Shown piece after piece: positions 1-8,755 of a DNA stretch of 64,000 bases. A model generated the notes under the pieces. It did not search any database, was not told the DNA's origin, and saw nothing but the letters and a program-made list of their open reading frames with translations. Every line of letters begins with the position of its first letter. The stretch's first letter is position 1. Both the position numbers and the translations under genes were made by a program. Source of the stretch: Nemertoderma westbladi (lineage: Eukaryota > Animalia > Xenacoelomorpha); contig JAUCBJ010001846.1 of assembly GCA_032718475.1 (NCBI GenBank), positions 62,001 to 126,000 of the forward strand. The letters are read 5' to 3'.

Positions 1-39
1 AACCCGAATCAGGGGCTTATCATCAACAACACTAAACCA

Positions 40-708
40 ATGGGAAACTCCCCGTTACTTCGCTTATTACAGCTAGCTAACCCCGCCAAACCCATTGGGG
101 GGTATTGTTATTCAGCTGGGCTTGAAGGGGCTGTGAACACTGGCCTTGTGCAAAACAAAAAAGACCTTCAAGATTGGCTAAACACCCTGCTAGGTGAGGT
201 GCTTGTGTACAATGATTGTGCCTTAATGATTCGATTAATGCAGAGTTTATGCGCATCGAACATGTCCCAACTTTTACACTGGAACCAGTATGCGCTGGCT
301 ATTTTAGGTAACCAAGAGGCCTATGACGAGTCTAGAAAAATGGGTCAAGCCTTGCTGATGCTGGCCAAAAAACTGGGTATTCAGTTGCCTGCTAAACCTG
401 TTGACACACCCATCAGTTATGTCGTTTCTTATTGTTTGGTGGGGCATGCTTGGGGTATTTCCACCAACGACCTTATTTTAACCTATTTGTGGGGGTGGTT
501 AGAAAACCAACTATCTGGGGCCATGCGCTTACTACCCATTGGCCATTATGAAACACAAAAAATAATGTTAGCAGCTGATCAAACAATCAGTGCCTCCACA
601 CAGTTGGCCAAAAAAGTGCGCGATGACCAAATGGGGAAAAGCCTGCCGTTTTTTGAGCTATTATGTGCACAACACCAAACCCAATATACGCGTTTATTTC
701 AATCTTAA
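40..708 (+). CDS. ureF: Urease accessory protein UreF (intact copy)
   Basis: [22 protein letters not shown]-terminal motif, C-terminal YTRLFQS, directly upstream of ureG. Confidence 0.9.
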   Translation: MGNSPLLRLLQLANPAKPIGGYCYSAGLEGAVNTGLVQNKKDLQDWLNTLLGEVLVYNDCALMIRLMQSLCASNMSQLLHWNQYALAILGNQEAYDESRKMGQALLMLAKKLGIQLPAKPVDTPISYVVSYCLVGHAWGISTNDLILTYLWGWLENQLSGAMRLLPIGHYETQKIMLAADQTISASTQLAKKVRDDQMGKSLPFFELLCAQHQTQYTRLFQS

Positions 709-719
709 AAGGAGGTATG

Positions 720-1325
720 ATGAAAAAAAGCCCATTTCGAATTGGTATCGGGGGGCCTGTTGGTTCAGGCAAAACAGCATTGATTCAACAATTGTGTATG
801 AATATGAAAGACACCTATCAAATGGCCGTTGTGACCAACGACATTTACACCCAAGAAGATGCCCAATTTTTAGCCAAACACCAAGCACTAGAAGCGGACC
901 GAATTGTGGGGGTTGAAACAGGCGGGTGTCCACACACGGCTATTCGGGAAGATGCCTCCGCTAATTTAATGGCCATTGAAGGTTTGGAAAAACGCTTCGA
1001 TAACCTAGATTTAATCATTGTTGAATCAGGGGGCGATAATTTAAGTGCCACCTTTAGCCCCGATTTGGCTGATATGACCTTGTATGTTATTGATGTTTGC
1101 GCGGGTGATAAAATACCTCGAAAAGGAGGTCCAGGCATTACCCGCTCTGATTTGCTGATCATCAACAAAATGGATTTAGCCCCCTATGTGGGCGCATCGC
1201 TGGCGATGATGAAAAAAGATTCAACAAGGATGCGAGGCGATAAACCCTTTGTATTCACCAACTTAAAAACACAACAAAATGTAAACCAAGTGATTGACTA
1301 CATTCAAACCAACATGGTGCTGTAG
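720..1325 (+). CDS. ureG: Urease accessory GTPase UreG (copy 1)
   Basis: [10 protein letters not shown]-loop, ETGGCPH, ESGGDNL and NKMD motifs; SD AGGAGG at 710-715 (start 717 or 720). Confidence 0.97.
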   Translation: MKKSPFRIGIGGPVGSGKTALIQQLCMNMKDTYQMAVVTNDIYTQEDAQFLAKHQALEADRIVGVETGGCPHTAIREDASANLMAIEGLEKRFDNLDLIIVESGGDNLSATFSPDLADMTLYVIDVCAGDKIPRKGGPGITRSDLLIINKMDLAPYVGASLAMMKKDSTRMRGDKPFVFTNLKTQQNVNQVIDYIQTNMVL

Positions 1326-1356
1326 GCGACAGTACATTGATTAAGTGTTACCGTTT

Positions 1357-2337
1357 TCAGTCAATTAATTGATCAACTAAGTTTAACAAGGTTTGCTGCT
1401 CGTCTTGATCCAACATGCTACCTGAAAGTATTTGGTCAACCGCCTTGCGCCAATTTTGTAAATATTGTTGGGCTTGAGAAAGGGCAGTTGTTTGGTGAAA
1501 ATGACTTAAAATTAACCGAATTTGGCTATCATCACGTTTTTTAATGTAGCTTTCTACCTGTGTCTTCAGTGTGCTGGATGCCTGCATACCTAAAATTAGT
1601 GGCAAGGTGATTTTCCCTTCCACTAAATCGTGACCAGAAGGTTTGCCTAGCACATGATCTGACGACTGATAATCCAACAGATCATCAGATAATTGAAAAA
1701 TCATGCCCACATAATAGCCATAGCGTGAAAAAATCGTACATATCTCAGGGCTTGCGCTATGAGTATGGCAAACAATTTTGCCGATTAACTCAAACAAGCT
1801 GGCTGTTTTTTTCTCAATGATTTTTAAATAATCATTGATTGATAAATCAATATTAAATGCCAAGCGCATTTGGCTGACCTCACCTTCAGCCAATACACTC
1901 ATACAATGAGAAAACTCATACCCAAGACTTGGGTCATCGGCAACCAACATCAAGGCGCGGGCGGATAAAAAATCACCCGCCAAAATACTCAATGTATTGC
2001 CCCAAACATGACGTACACTGGGTTGGTGACGCCTAAATTCAGCTTGATCGATCACATCATCATGCAGTAAAGTCGCCATGTGAATCATTTCAATTGCCGC
2101 GGCTTGTTTAAAGTCTGTCTGCACATTTGTTACATCTTTTTTTGGGTGTGTTGTCATGATTTGATCAAGCATCATCCATACAAGTGGACGAATCATTTTG
2201 CCCTGACGTGCTAAATAATAATGAATAATCTCAGCTAGCAGCGGCTCATCACTTTGAAAACAAGTGGAAAAATAGGTCTTAAACTGCTTAAAACGTTCAG
2301 CAATTTGGGTATGTTGAGCGAATATTTTTTCAAACAT
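1357..2337 (-). CDS. ispB: Polyprenyl (octaprenyl) diphosphate synthase (copy 1)
   Basis: GKMIRP, LLHDDVID...RR and FQLSDDLLD aspartate-rich motifs; likely start MFEKIF at 2337. Confidence 0.9.
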   Translation of the reverse strand: MFEKIFAQHTQIAERFKQFKTYFSTCFQSDEPLLAEIIHYYLARQGKMIRPLVWMMLDQIMTTHPKKDVTNVQTDFKQAAAIEMIHMATLLHDDVIDQAEFRRHQPSVRHVWGNTLSILAGDFLSARALMLVADDPSLGYEFSHCMSVLAEGEVSQMRLAFNIDLSINDYLKIIEKKTASLFELIGKIVCHTHSASPEICTIFSRYGYYVGMIFQLSDDLLDYQSSDHVLGKPSGHDLVEGKITLPLILGMQASSTLKTQVESYIKKRDDSQIRLILSHFHQTTALSQAQQYLQNWRKAVDQILSGSMLDQDEQQTLLNLVDQLID

Positions 2338-2348
2338 GCCTGCTTTGA

Positions 2349-2747
2349 TTACTGAACACAACTCACCACCCGTCCAACAATAATCAAAAGTGGAGACTGT
2401 AGGCGTATATTCCCCACCCAAGCCTCGGCTTTTTTCAATTGTGTTTTATAAATCTGTTGATCGGCTGTGGTACCTTTGACAATAAAAGCCATGGGGGTAT
2501 CTAGTGGCATACCGTGGTCTTTTAAATTTTTAATACAAATATCTAAACTAGCTTTTCCCATGAAAAATACCAATGTTTTAAACGGATCAATTACCTTTTC
2601 CCATGGCACTTGATAGGCGAGCTTGCCCGAACCATCGCCATGTAGGGTTAAAAACTCAACCGAATGGGCACAGTCGCGATGCGTTAGGGGAATGTTGGCA
2701 TAAGACGCACAGCCATTGGCCGCACTGACCCCTGGGACAATGCTAAA
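2349..2747 (-). pseudogene. cysG: 5'-truncated duplicate of cysG (C-terminal ~132 codons only)
   Basis: Identical to 10911-11309 and cut at the repeat/island junction. Confidence 0.92.
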
Positions 2748-2821
2748 AACAAGACTGAAAACAGGATCAAGGGGGTGTTGAGGAGGAGGGGTGTGTTATA
2801 AAGTTTAAGGGTGAAAAATAG

Positions 2822-2890
2822 TGACATTGATTTTGGAAATTATTTTTCATTTCTATTGTCATTTTTTTTCAAAATGAGTGTTAACTGAAT
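2822..2890 (+). repeat. 69-bp partial copy of the MITE-like element at 29100-29269 (right part)
   Basis: TGACATTGATTTTGGAAA...GAGTGTTAACTGAAT matches 29200-29268 at 67/69. Confidence 0.9.
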
Positions 2891-2921
2891 GAAATATAAA
2901 ATTAACTTGTCACTCAACCTG

Positions 2922-3788
2922 TCATCCTACATCCACCAAAGCCCCAAAAATACTCTCTAAATCCAGACTTAAAGATTCAATTGGACGAATCAGCATGGCA
3001 AAATACGTTTGCCAAAGAATCACACCTGCCACGCCTTGCATATTAAAACTAATGACATAGCCTGCAATCAGTGTTACAAACATCAATAAGTAGACAGGCA
3101 ATGTCAGCATAAAGTTTTCTCTTGCATTCTTTATCATCTTCAATGCGATGGTTTCATACCATTTAGGTAGATGCTCAGAGAGATGTGTTTGTTTAAGGGT
3201 TTGAATGGATTGTTCTGTTTCTTTTTCGGCTAAGTTATTCCATTGTGTTCTATTGTATTTATATTTGCCTTTTATAAAAAAGCTATAGCCCAGTACAAAC
3301 ACGACACTAAAGATACAAAGCAAAGTGATAGATAGATTGATGGTAATGCTTAAAAATATAAGGGCTAATATAATTTGCAAACATGTTCCCAATATTAAGG
3401 TAGAAGATTCTGTAAAGATTGATATATAAGCCTGTCTTGTTCTTTCAAATGTTTCAATCGCATGGTCTTTATTGATTGAATGCTTTTGCGTAGCCTGAAT
3501 GCTCTGATAAGAAAAAAGTCTTGATCCATAAATATTGAGGTAAGTTGTAACTGCATGCATTGCAATGTTGAAGATGCCAAATATAGCGGTAATGCTTAAC
3601 ATCAATATCACGCTTTTTAAAACTTCTGGTGAGGTGCTGTTGGCATCTAAAAAGAGTTGGTAAATTCCTAAAGGAAATATCATGGAAACTAAAGAAGTAC
3701 ATACAAGAAGCGTTAAGAATACATAACTTAACTTTTTAGGCAAAGTTTTAAATGCTTGTTGTAGAGTTTTGATATAAAGCTTAAACAT
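2922..3788 (-). CDS. ABC exporter transmembrane domain (lasso D-like), no nucleotide-binding domain, possibly truncated
   Basis: About 6 hydrophobic segments; ends LIRPIESLS...ALVDVG, where ABC membrane domains join the NBD; no Walker A. Confidence 0.65.
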   Translation of the reverse strand: MFKLYIKTLQQAFKTLPKKLSYVFLTLLVCTSLVSMIFPLGIYQLFLDANSTSPEVLKSVILMLSITAIFGIFNIAMHAVTTYLNIYGSRLFSYQSIQATQKHSINKDHAIETFERTRQAYISIFTESSTLILGTCLQIILALIFLSITINLSITLLCIFSVVFVLGYSFFIKGKYKYNRTQWNNLAEKETEQSIQTLKQTHLSEHLPKWYETIALKMIKNARENFMLTLPVYLLMFVTLIAGYVISFNMQGVAGVILWQTYFAMLIRPIESLSLDLESIFGALVDVG

Positions 3789-5679
3789 CTTTTAAAGTTT
3801 CTTTCACTTTGGGGCTTGTGTAGTTGGGGTGGGAGAGTTTCAGTTTGGTGGCTTTATCGTTTTTTATAAAACGAAGCCAGCTTTCTGCTATTAGTTGATT
3901 ATGCAAATAACCTGTTCGCAAAGAAGCTGGATAGCCCTTGATTCTTGAAGAGGAAAGTTCCGAATATAGAAGCTTTAGAAATTCTTTTGGCTCTACCATA
4001 TTAAATTGATACAACATGGATGCAGAAGGATTGTTGGTAAAAATATCTAATAACTTTTGACTGTCATTTCTAATCATATGAACCATCATCTCGCCATAAG
4101 ATGTTTTAAATTTTTTAGTTCTAATAGATTCAGGCATAATATTTGAGAAACTGTGTCTTTGAATTTGTTTTTCTCTTGCATATTCTTCATAAAAAGAAAT
4201 ATCTTCGTGATAAGCAATATCATAAAGAAAGTGCTGAGCAATGGAATCAAAAAATTCAATAATACGTGCATCTAGCAACGGTGTTTTGTATGGAATCATA
4301 GAACTAAAAGCATCATGAAAATAAGAAGGATACTCTTCTAAAAATAAATGTCTTTGTCTATGAGTTAGTGTTGGTTCTTTTATCCATTTGCTTTGATTCA
4401 GCAATATTTTAAAAAAAGAACTAAGATTTACTTTGCCTGATACATTGTGTTCATACATGAAAGCATTGGGAATGAAAGTTAATTTGTTTCCTAAATAAAT
4501 CAGCAAACTTAAATAGAAGGACTTAAAAGAACTATTGCCAAGTTTTTGAATCACTTTAGATATACTTGCAAAACCTTTTTGCTGCATCAAATCATCTAAG
4601 CAATATTGACTACCTTCAGTTACATAATCGCCTTCACCACTCCATATAGAATGACAACCTAATTGTACAGCTAAGTTTTCTATAATTTCTTGCCAAAAAG
4701 GAAGACTCGTTGTAGCGGGTGTATCAATTCTTCTCCATGCGTCATTTGAAGATAGGCCATGAATATGAAGTAGCTTAGAACATTCAATAGGATAAAACTG
4801 GCAAGCTGTTTGATCAGCACACTGTTTAGCTAAGCCTAAGTCGTTGGTGTTGTGAAATACAGGATCACTAAAATACATGCTAAGTGCATAATTAGATTGC
4901 TTTTTATTGGCATAAATTGCACTAGCCACGGTTGCAGAATCTAAACCTCCGCTTATTTCAATCAGTTTTTTAGATGAATCTTGTGTTGTAACGACATTTT
5001 TCATCAAGTCTTCAAACGATTCACAGGCTTCTTTGAAAGATAACTTAGTTAAATCATTAGGATAATTGGAGTAATTAGAATAAGTTTTGTGCTCAATATC
5101 TAAAATCTGTTTCTTCAGATGAAAGCTAATACATGTGCCGCTACCCAAAAGCCTGACATTTTTTAAGCAGGTATCATGAAAAGATTCTGAAATATTATTT
5201 TGAAAAGAAAGCCACTGTTGTAAGCGTTGAGCATCTACCTCTAATTCAAAATTAGGAATCAGAAGTAAAATTCTTGAATCCGTTGTAATGTAATGGTTAT
5301 TGTGAAGCGATACCACATAAAGAGGAGGGCTTGTATAAAACGATGAAATAATTAAAAACTGATTGCCTGTATAAGCTGTGGCAATATAGATGCCTGCAAT
5401 ATCTTTTCTTGCCTCATTGTAGTTATTTTTCCATCTATCATTCCATAGCTGTTTATCTATTATTGGGTTTTCAAGATTCATGTATTGATCATTAAAAGTA
5501 CAAAAGCCTTGCCCTAAAAAGTTGGCATTTAGTTTTTGATATTGGTGTCTAAAGATTGCTTTCTTAACAATGCCTGCATCTTGTAAAAAGGATTTAAAAT
5601 CATTTCCAAGCCACTCTTTGCAAGACAAATACCATTGTTTAATCAACGCTTCTTTTTTTCCAATTCCAATCATCAACAT
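3781..5679 (-). CDS. Lasso peptide cyclase (asparagine-synthetase-like, C protein)
   Basis: EISGGLDSATV PP-loop, WSGEGD, TPLLDARIIEF; 632 aa; no N-terminal Cys of true AsnB; adjacent to B2, RRE and precursor. Confidence 0.9.
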   Translation of the reverse strand: MLMIGIGKKEALIKQWYLSCKEWLGNDFKSFLQDAGIVKKAIFRHQYQKLNANFLGQGFCTFNDQYMNLENPIIDKQLWNDRWKNNYNEARKDIAGIYIATAYTGNQFLIISSFYTSPPLYVVSLHNNHYITTDSRILLLIPNFELEVDAQRLQQWLSFQNNISESFHDTCLKNVRLLGSGTCISFHLKKQILDIEHKTYSNYSNYPNDLTKLSFKEACESFEDLMKNVVTTQDSSKKLIEISGGLDSATVASAIYANKKQSNYALSMYFSDPVFHNTNDLGLAKQCADQTACQFYPIECSKLLHIHGLSSNDAWRRIDTPATTSLPFWQEIIENLAVQLGCHSIWSGEGDYVTEGSQYCLDDLMQQKGFASISKVIQKLGNSSFKSFYLSLLIYLGNKLTFIPNAFMYEHNVSGKVNLSSFFKILLNQSKWIKEPTLTHRQRHLFLEEYPSYFHDAFSSMIPYKTPLLDARIIEFFDSIAQHFLYDIAYHEDISFYEEYAREKQIQRHSFSNIMPESIRTKKFKTSYGEMMVHMIRNDSQKLLDIFTNNPSASMLYQFNMVEPKEFLKLLYSELSSSRIKGYPASLRTGYLHNQLIAESWLRFIKNDKATKLKLSHPNYTSPKVKETLKDV

Positions 5680-5684
5680 GGTAT

Positions 5685-6152
5685 TTACAATAATACTTGA
5701 TGGAGGTTATCCTGAAGGTAGTTTTCTTTTTTGATGACAGTTAATCCCCTTATTTGATTGAATATGTCTATTTGTTGTAAAGATTTTTTGGTTTGATACT
5801 CTAACCAAGCATGTTGAATAATTTTACCACCCGCTCCATCTTTTGCTACTGCGTAAACAACATAGGACTTAAAACCAAATACCCCGCAATACAAATGAAA
5901 AGCAACAGAGGCAGTTAAACAAGTTAATGCTATATTATTGTTTTCATAATTGCTTGCTACAAGTTTTCGTAAACGATTGAGCTTTTTATGGAACAAAAAG
6001 CTGATGGGTTCTTGTGGATGGAATGTGGTATCAATGTAACTGCATTGCCGACAACATTTTAAAATCGCTTTATCTGTAGTTTTAGATTCATTGAGGTTTG
6101 ATAAAAAACTAGCATGTAAGAGCTTAAAAAGTAATAAATCTTTTTTCATCAA
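5685..6152 (-). CDS. Lasso leader peptidase (B2, transglutaminase-like)
   Basis: TCLTASVA ... QHAWLEY Cys/His motifs typical of lasso B2; 155 aa. Confidence 0.88.
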   Translation of the reverse strand: MMKKDLLLFKLLHASFLSNLNESKTTDKAILKCCRQCSYIDTTFHPQEPISFLFHKKLNRLRKLVASNYENNNIALTCLTASVAFHLYCGVFGFKSYVVYAVAKDGAGGKIIQHAWLEYQTKKSLQQIDIFNQIRGLTVIKKENYLQDNLHQVLL

Positions 6153-6952
6153 AGGTTAAAGTCTGCATGTAAAGCAAATGCCCAACTGTTTGCATGAAAA
6201 CTAAATTGTTTTTTATGTTGATCTAACACATAGTGAGCACTTAAATGGCTACTTTCTATTTTTTCAATAATATTGCCTTGGCGCTTATTTTCTGCCTTTG
6301 AAATACAGCTATTAAGTAAAAGTACTTCTGCATGATGTTTTAAGGCTGTGTTTTGAAGAAATCTTATGTATTTTTGATATTTAGAATATGCATTTTTTAC
6401 AGAATAATCTCTAAAAAACAAATCAGGTAAGGCTATTAAAATACCTTTGTTATTAAGAACAGATGGAATCTTTCTAAGATAAGAAGTAATGTCATAACAA
6501 AAGATCAAATTGATTCCAAAAAATGAAGCATATTGAATCCATCTTTTTTCCAAAACGGGCATCCAACTTCTTCTATAAATTAAAATTTCAATCTGATCTT
6601 CTCTTTTTAAACGTAAATTAAAAACCAAGGAGAATATATAAGGTAATAGAAACTTACCATGAGCTGATATAACAATAAAAGGTTGATTCCATTTCTCTAC
6701 ATCGACTTCTATAAAATTTTGGAAATACTTTGCAAAAGCAATATGTTGTGAACAACATAAATAATCATAGTATACCCTCATGTTGTTGATATAACCTTTT
6801 TCCAAAAGCAACCTTTGGGCTTTAGGCAAGGTAAATCTCAAAACAAAATTATGCAGATACGCTAAAGCAGTATGAAGACATCTTTTATAAAAGGAGGTAT
6901 AAAAACTTCTTAAAAATAAATGAAGATGTAAAGACTCTACACAAGCCTTCAT
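6149..6952 (-). CDS. Divergent lipid-A/lysophospholipid acyltransferase-like protein (LpxL/HtrB-like)
   Basis: FIVISAHG, NKGILIALPD and C-terminal NSWAFALH follow the LpxL motif order; the acidic residue of HxxxxD/E is not evident. Confidence 0.55.
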   Translation of the reverse strand: MKACVESLHLHLFLRSFYTSFYKRCLHTALAYLHNFVLRFTLPKAQRLLLEKGYINNMRVYYDYLCCSQHIAFAKYFQNFIEVDVEKWNQPFIVISAHGKFLLPYIFSLVFNLRLKREDQIEILIYRRSWMPVLEKRWIQYASFFGINLIFCYDITSYLRKIPSVLNNKGILIALPDLFFRDYSVKNAYSKYQKYIRFLQNTALKHHAEVLLLNSCISKAENKRQGNIIEKIESSHLSAHYVLDQHKKQFSFHANSWAFALHADFNL

Positions 6953-7530
6953 GTTTGACTATAAAAAGCTACTTTTTCATCTTCTATTGTATAACCCATA
7001 TTTTTTAGAGCACTTCGGGCAATAGCAAATGCCTTTTTAAGAGGCATGTGGGTTAGCATCTCAAATAGAAGCAGCGTAAACAATAAAGTAGAGTTGCCAT
7101 CGGGGTAACGAGGAAAGCCAATATAGTTTTTAGTTTTATGTTCTAACCAAACATCTGCCCAAGTTTGAGTACCTGTCATACAAGCAGTAGAAAGTATCAA
7201 TTGACATTTGCTTTTGTTTGGATGTTGTGAAAGTAAAGTTTCAAGTTGTTGAGTTTGAATGAGATTATTCTCAAACTTGTACTTTAAGGGCACAGATTCG
7301 TGGACTTCAGGTAAAGAAAAACCTGCGTTGTCTTGCGAATCACTGTCTCCATGCCCGTCAATAATCAGGTAAGGGGTTTTAGGTGTTTTTGTAATATGTT
7401 TTACAAAATCATCAGCGCTTCCGATATAGTGCATCAATACTTCGTAACATAAATATTCTAAAGATGATCGTATAGCTTGAGTGGACAATGAATCACTGAT
7501 GCAAAAAATGGTTACTTTTTTGTTTTTCAC
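6949..7530 (-). CDS. Stand-alone caspase/CHAT-like (clan CD) cysteine protease
   Basis: YLIIDGHG and LILSTACMTG, i.e. His-Gly and Ala-Cys dyad motifs each after a hydrophobic strand; GTG start. Confidence 0.65.
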   Translation of the reverse strand: MKNKKVTIFCISDSLSTQAIRSSLEYLCYEVLMHYIGSADDFVKHITKTPKTPYLIIDGHGDSDSQDNAGFSLPEVHESVPLKYKFENNLIQTQQLETLLSQHPNKSKCQLILSTACMTGTQTWADVWLEHKTKNYIGFPRYPDGNSTLLFTLLLFEMLTHMPLKKAFAIARSALKNMGYTIEDEKVAFYSQT

Positions 7531-7804
7531 AAAGATTGTGTTTTTGAATTAAACCAACCTCTATTAAATCATCAATAGCCAATTGTAAATAGTTTTTAGA
7601 TGAATGTTTAGAATCGGTTACTATTTCTATTGATTCAGCTATATTTGAAAGTTCGTTTAATGTAAGTTTTTTGTTTTCTAAAATTTTTTGAACAATAAAC
7701 GTGTGAACTTCTGAAAGCTCCAATATTTCTTCGTCTTTGTGTACCACCATGTTGTTGTCTAAAACAACATGGTGCATACCACAATAAGCGTAAGCTTCTT
7801 TCAT
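7493..7804 (-). CDS. RiPP recognition element (PqqD-like, lasso B1)
   Basis: About 100 aa; LELSEVHTFIVQKI...LAIDDLIEVGLI PqqD-like pattern; directly downstream of the precursor. Confidence 0.75.
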   Translation of the reverse strand: MKEAYAYCGMHHVVLDNNMVVHKDEEILELSEVHTFIVQKILENKKLTLNELSNIAESIEIVTDSKHSSKNYLQLAIDDLIEVGLIQKHNLCEKQKSNHFLHQ

Positions 7805-7809
7805 ATAAG

Positions 7810-7974
7810 CTAACTACCGCCACCGATACTGATAGTGCCTGTATTAAAACCGGAGCCACCACCTTTAGAGCCTCTCGGACGTGTTCCGTCACCCGGTTTA
7901 TTCTTTGTTCTCTGCGTTGCAATAGCAATATCTCCATGTTTCTTAATAGGAACATAATTTAATTTTTTCTTCAT
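7810..7974 (-). CDS. Lasso peptide precursor, 54 aa: leader MKKKLNYVPIKKHGDIAIATQ + RTKNKPGDGTRPRGSKGGGSGFNTGTISIGGGS
   Basis: SD GGAGG at 7980-7984; leader has Y-x-P...G-x5-T-x with Thr at -2; Asp at core position 8; first gene of the cluster. Confidence 0.9.
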   Translation of the reverse strand: MKKKLNYVPIKKHGDIAIATQRTKNKPGDGTRPRGSKGGGSGFNTGTISIGGGS

Positions 7975-8560
7975 AAATACCTCCACAGATTTCAAAATAA
8001 GATTTTAACTTAATAAACTCCCTTATTTCAAGATACTTTTAATAAATCTACATGTTGTAAATTCTTAAAAATCATATCCCCACGCAAATAAAGCAGTATA
8101 AAAATGAATTTAGATACCAAATATGAAGCAGGATTTTTTTGCTTATTCCAGAAAAAAGCAGGGATAATCTCATCTTTAACATGGCCTTTGTTATTGAGTG
8201 CATCCCCTACCAGCAGTAATCTTTTAATCAAGAACAGACATATGAATGAAGTTGCCAGAACGCTAATATCTGTTCATTTTGATGAACAACGATACTTGAA
8301 TCCAACTTAACATGTATAGAATCGACAAATTGATAAACACACATTTGGGCTTAAAAGTAGCCCCATGAAACTATCTTTCCCCTTATTAATTGGTTGCTGA
8401 CACTATTTAACCTCCAAGTAACACCCATTTTTCTCAATTTGATTCTCCGTTTGATTCACATTCCATCATTTTCTTGAGGGTTAATGAATTAGATGTGTTG
8501 GTTGTTTTTGTGAATGCTTATGACCTATTCTTTAAACAAAACTTGATTCAACACCATTAG

Positions 8561-8755
8561 TTAAAGACATTGCGCATTACTTGGATTTGAAAGTATATAA
8601 GCAGTTTCTTCATAAGATTGAAAATCTTCAAGGCTCATTACAACAGCAGTTTTCTTGTTTTGACGAGTAATCAAAATGGGCTGATGATCATCACTGACTT
8701 TGTCTAGGTTTTTTGCTAATTGATCTCGGAATGAAGAGTAAGTAATCGTTTCCAT
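8561..8755 (-). pseudogene. yefM: Phd/YefM antitoxin, C-terminally shortened, orphan (no toxin gene)
   Basis: METITYSSFRDQLA...ITRQNKKTAVVMSLEDFQSYEETAY; 64 aa vs ~83 typical; start lies 17 bp from the island junction. Confidence 0.8.

Larger units (their letters stand above)
211..2747 (+). repeat. 2,537-bp direct repeat, copy 1 ('ureF-ureG-ispB-'cysG)
   Basis: Matches 8773-11309 at a constant offset of 8562; ORF translations are identical; the match starts at AATGATTGTGCC and ends at GGGACAATGCTAAA. Confidence 0.97.

Noticed and set aside
587-1168. Short ORFs overlapping ureF/ureG (and their duplicates at 9149-9730)
   Set aside because: Shadow frames of well-supported genes with no motifs; the same applies to most 60-180 aa antisense ORFs in the track
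2349-2609. 86-aa ORF as an independent gene
   Set aside because: It is the C-terminus of cysG inside the duplication
3781-5679. Ordinary asparagine synthetase AsnB
   Set aside because: No N-terminal catalytic Cys, and the B1/B2/precursor context indicates a lasso cyclase
7810-7905. Alternative leader cleavage after RTK (second Thr at -2)
   Set aside because: Would put Asp at position 5, too small for a 7-9 residue lasso ring
7635-7955. 106-aa ORF overlapping the precursor
   Set aside because: Alternative frame without an SD; the 54-aa frame has an SD and lasso leader motifs
8028-8310. Two 67-68 aa ORFs and repeated AAGCAG hexamers upstream of the precursor
   Set aside because: No recognisable motif; the repeats are short and irregularly spaced
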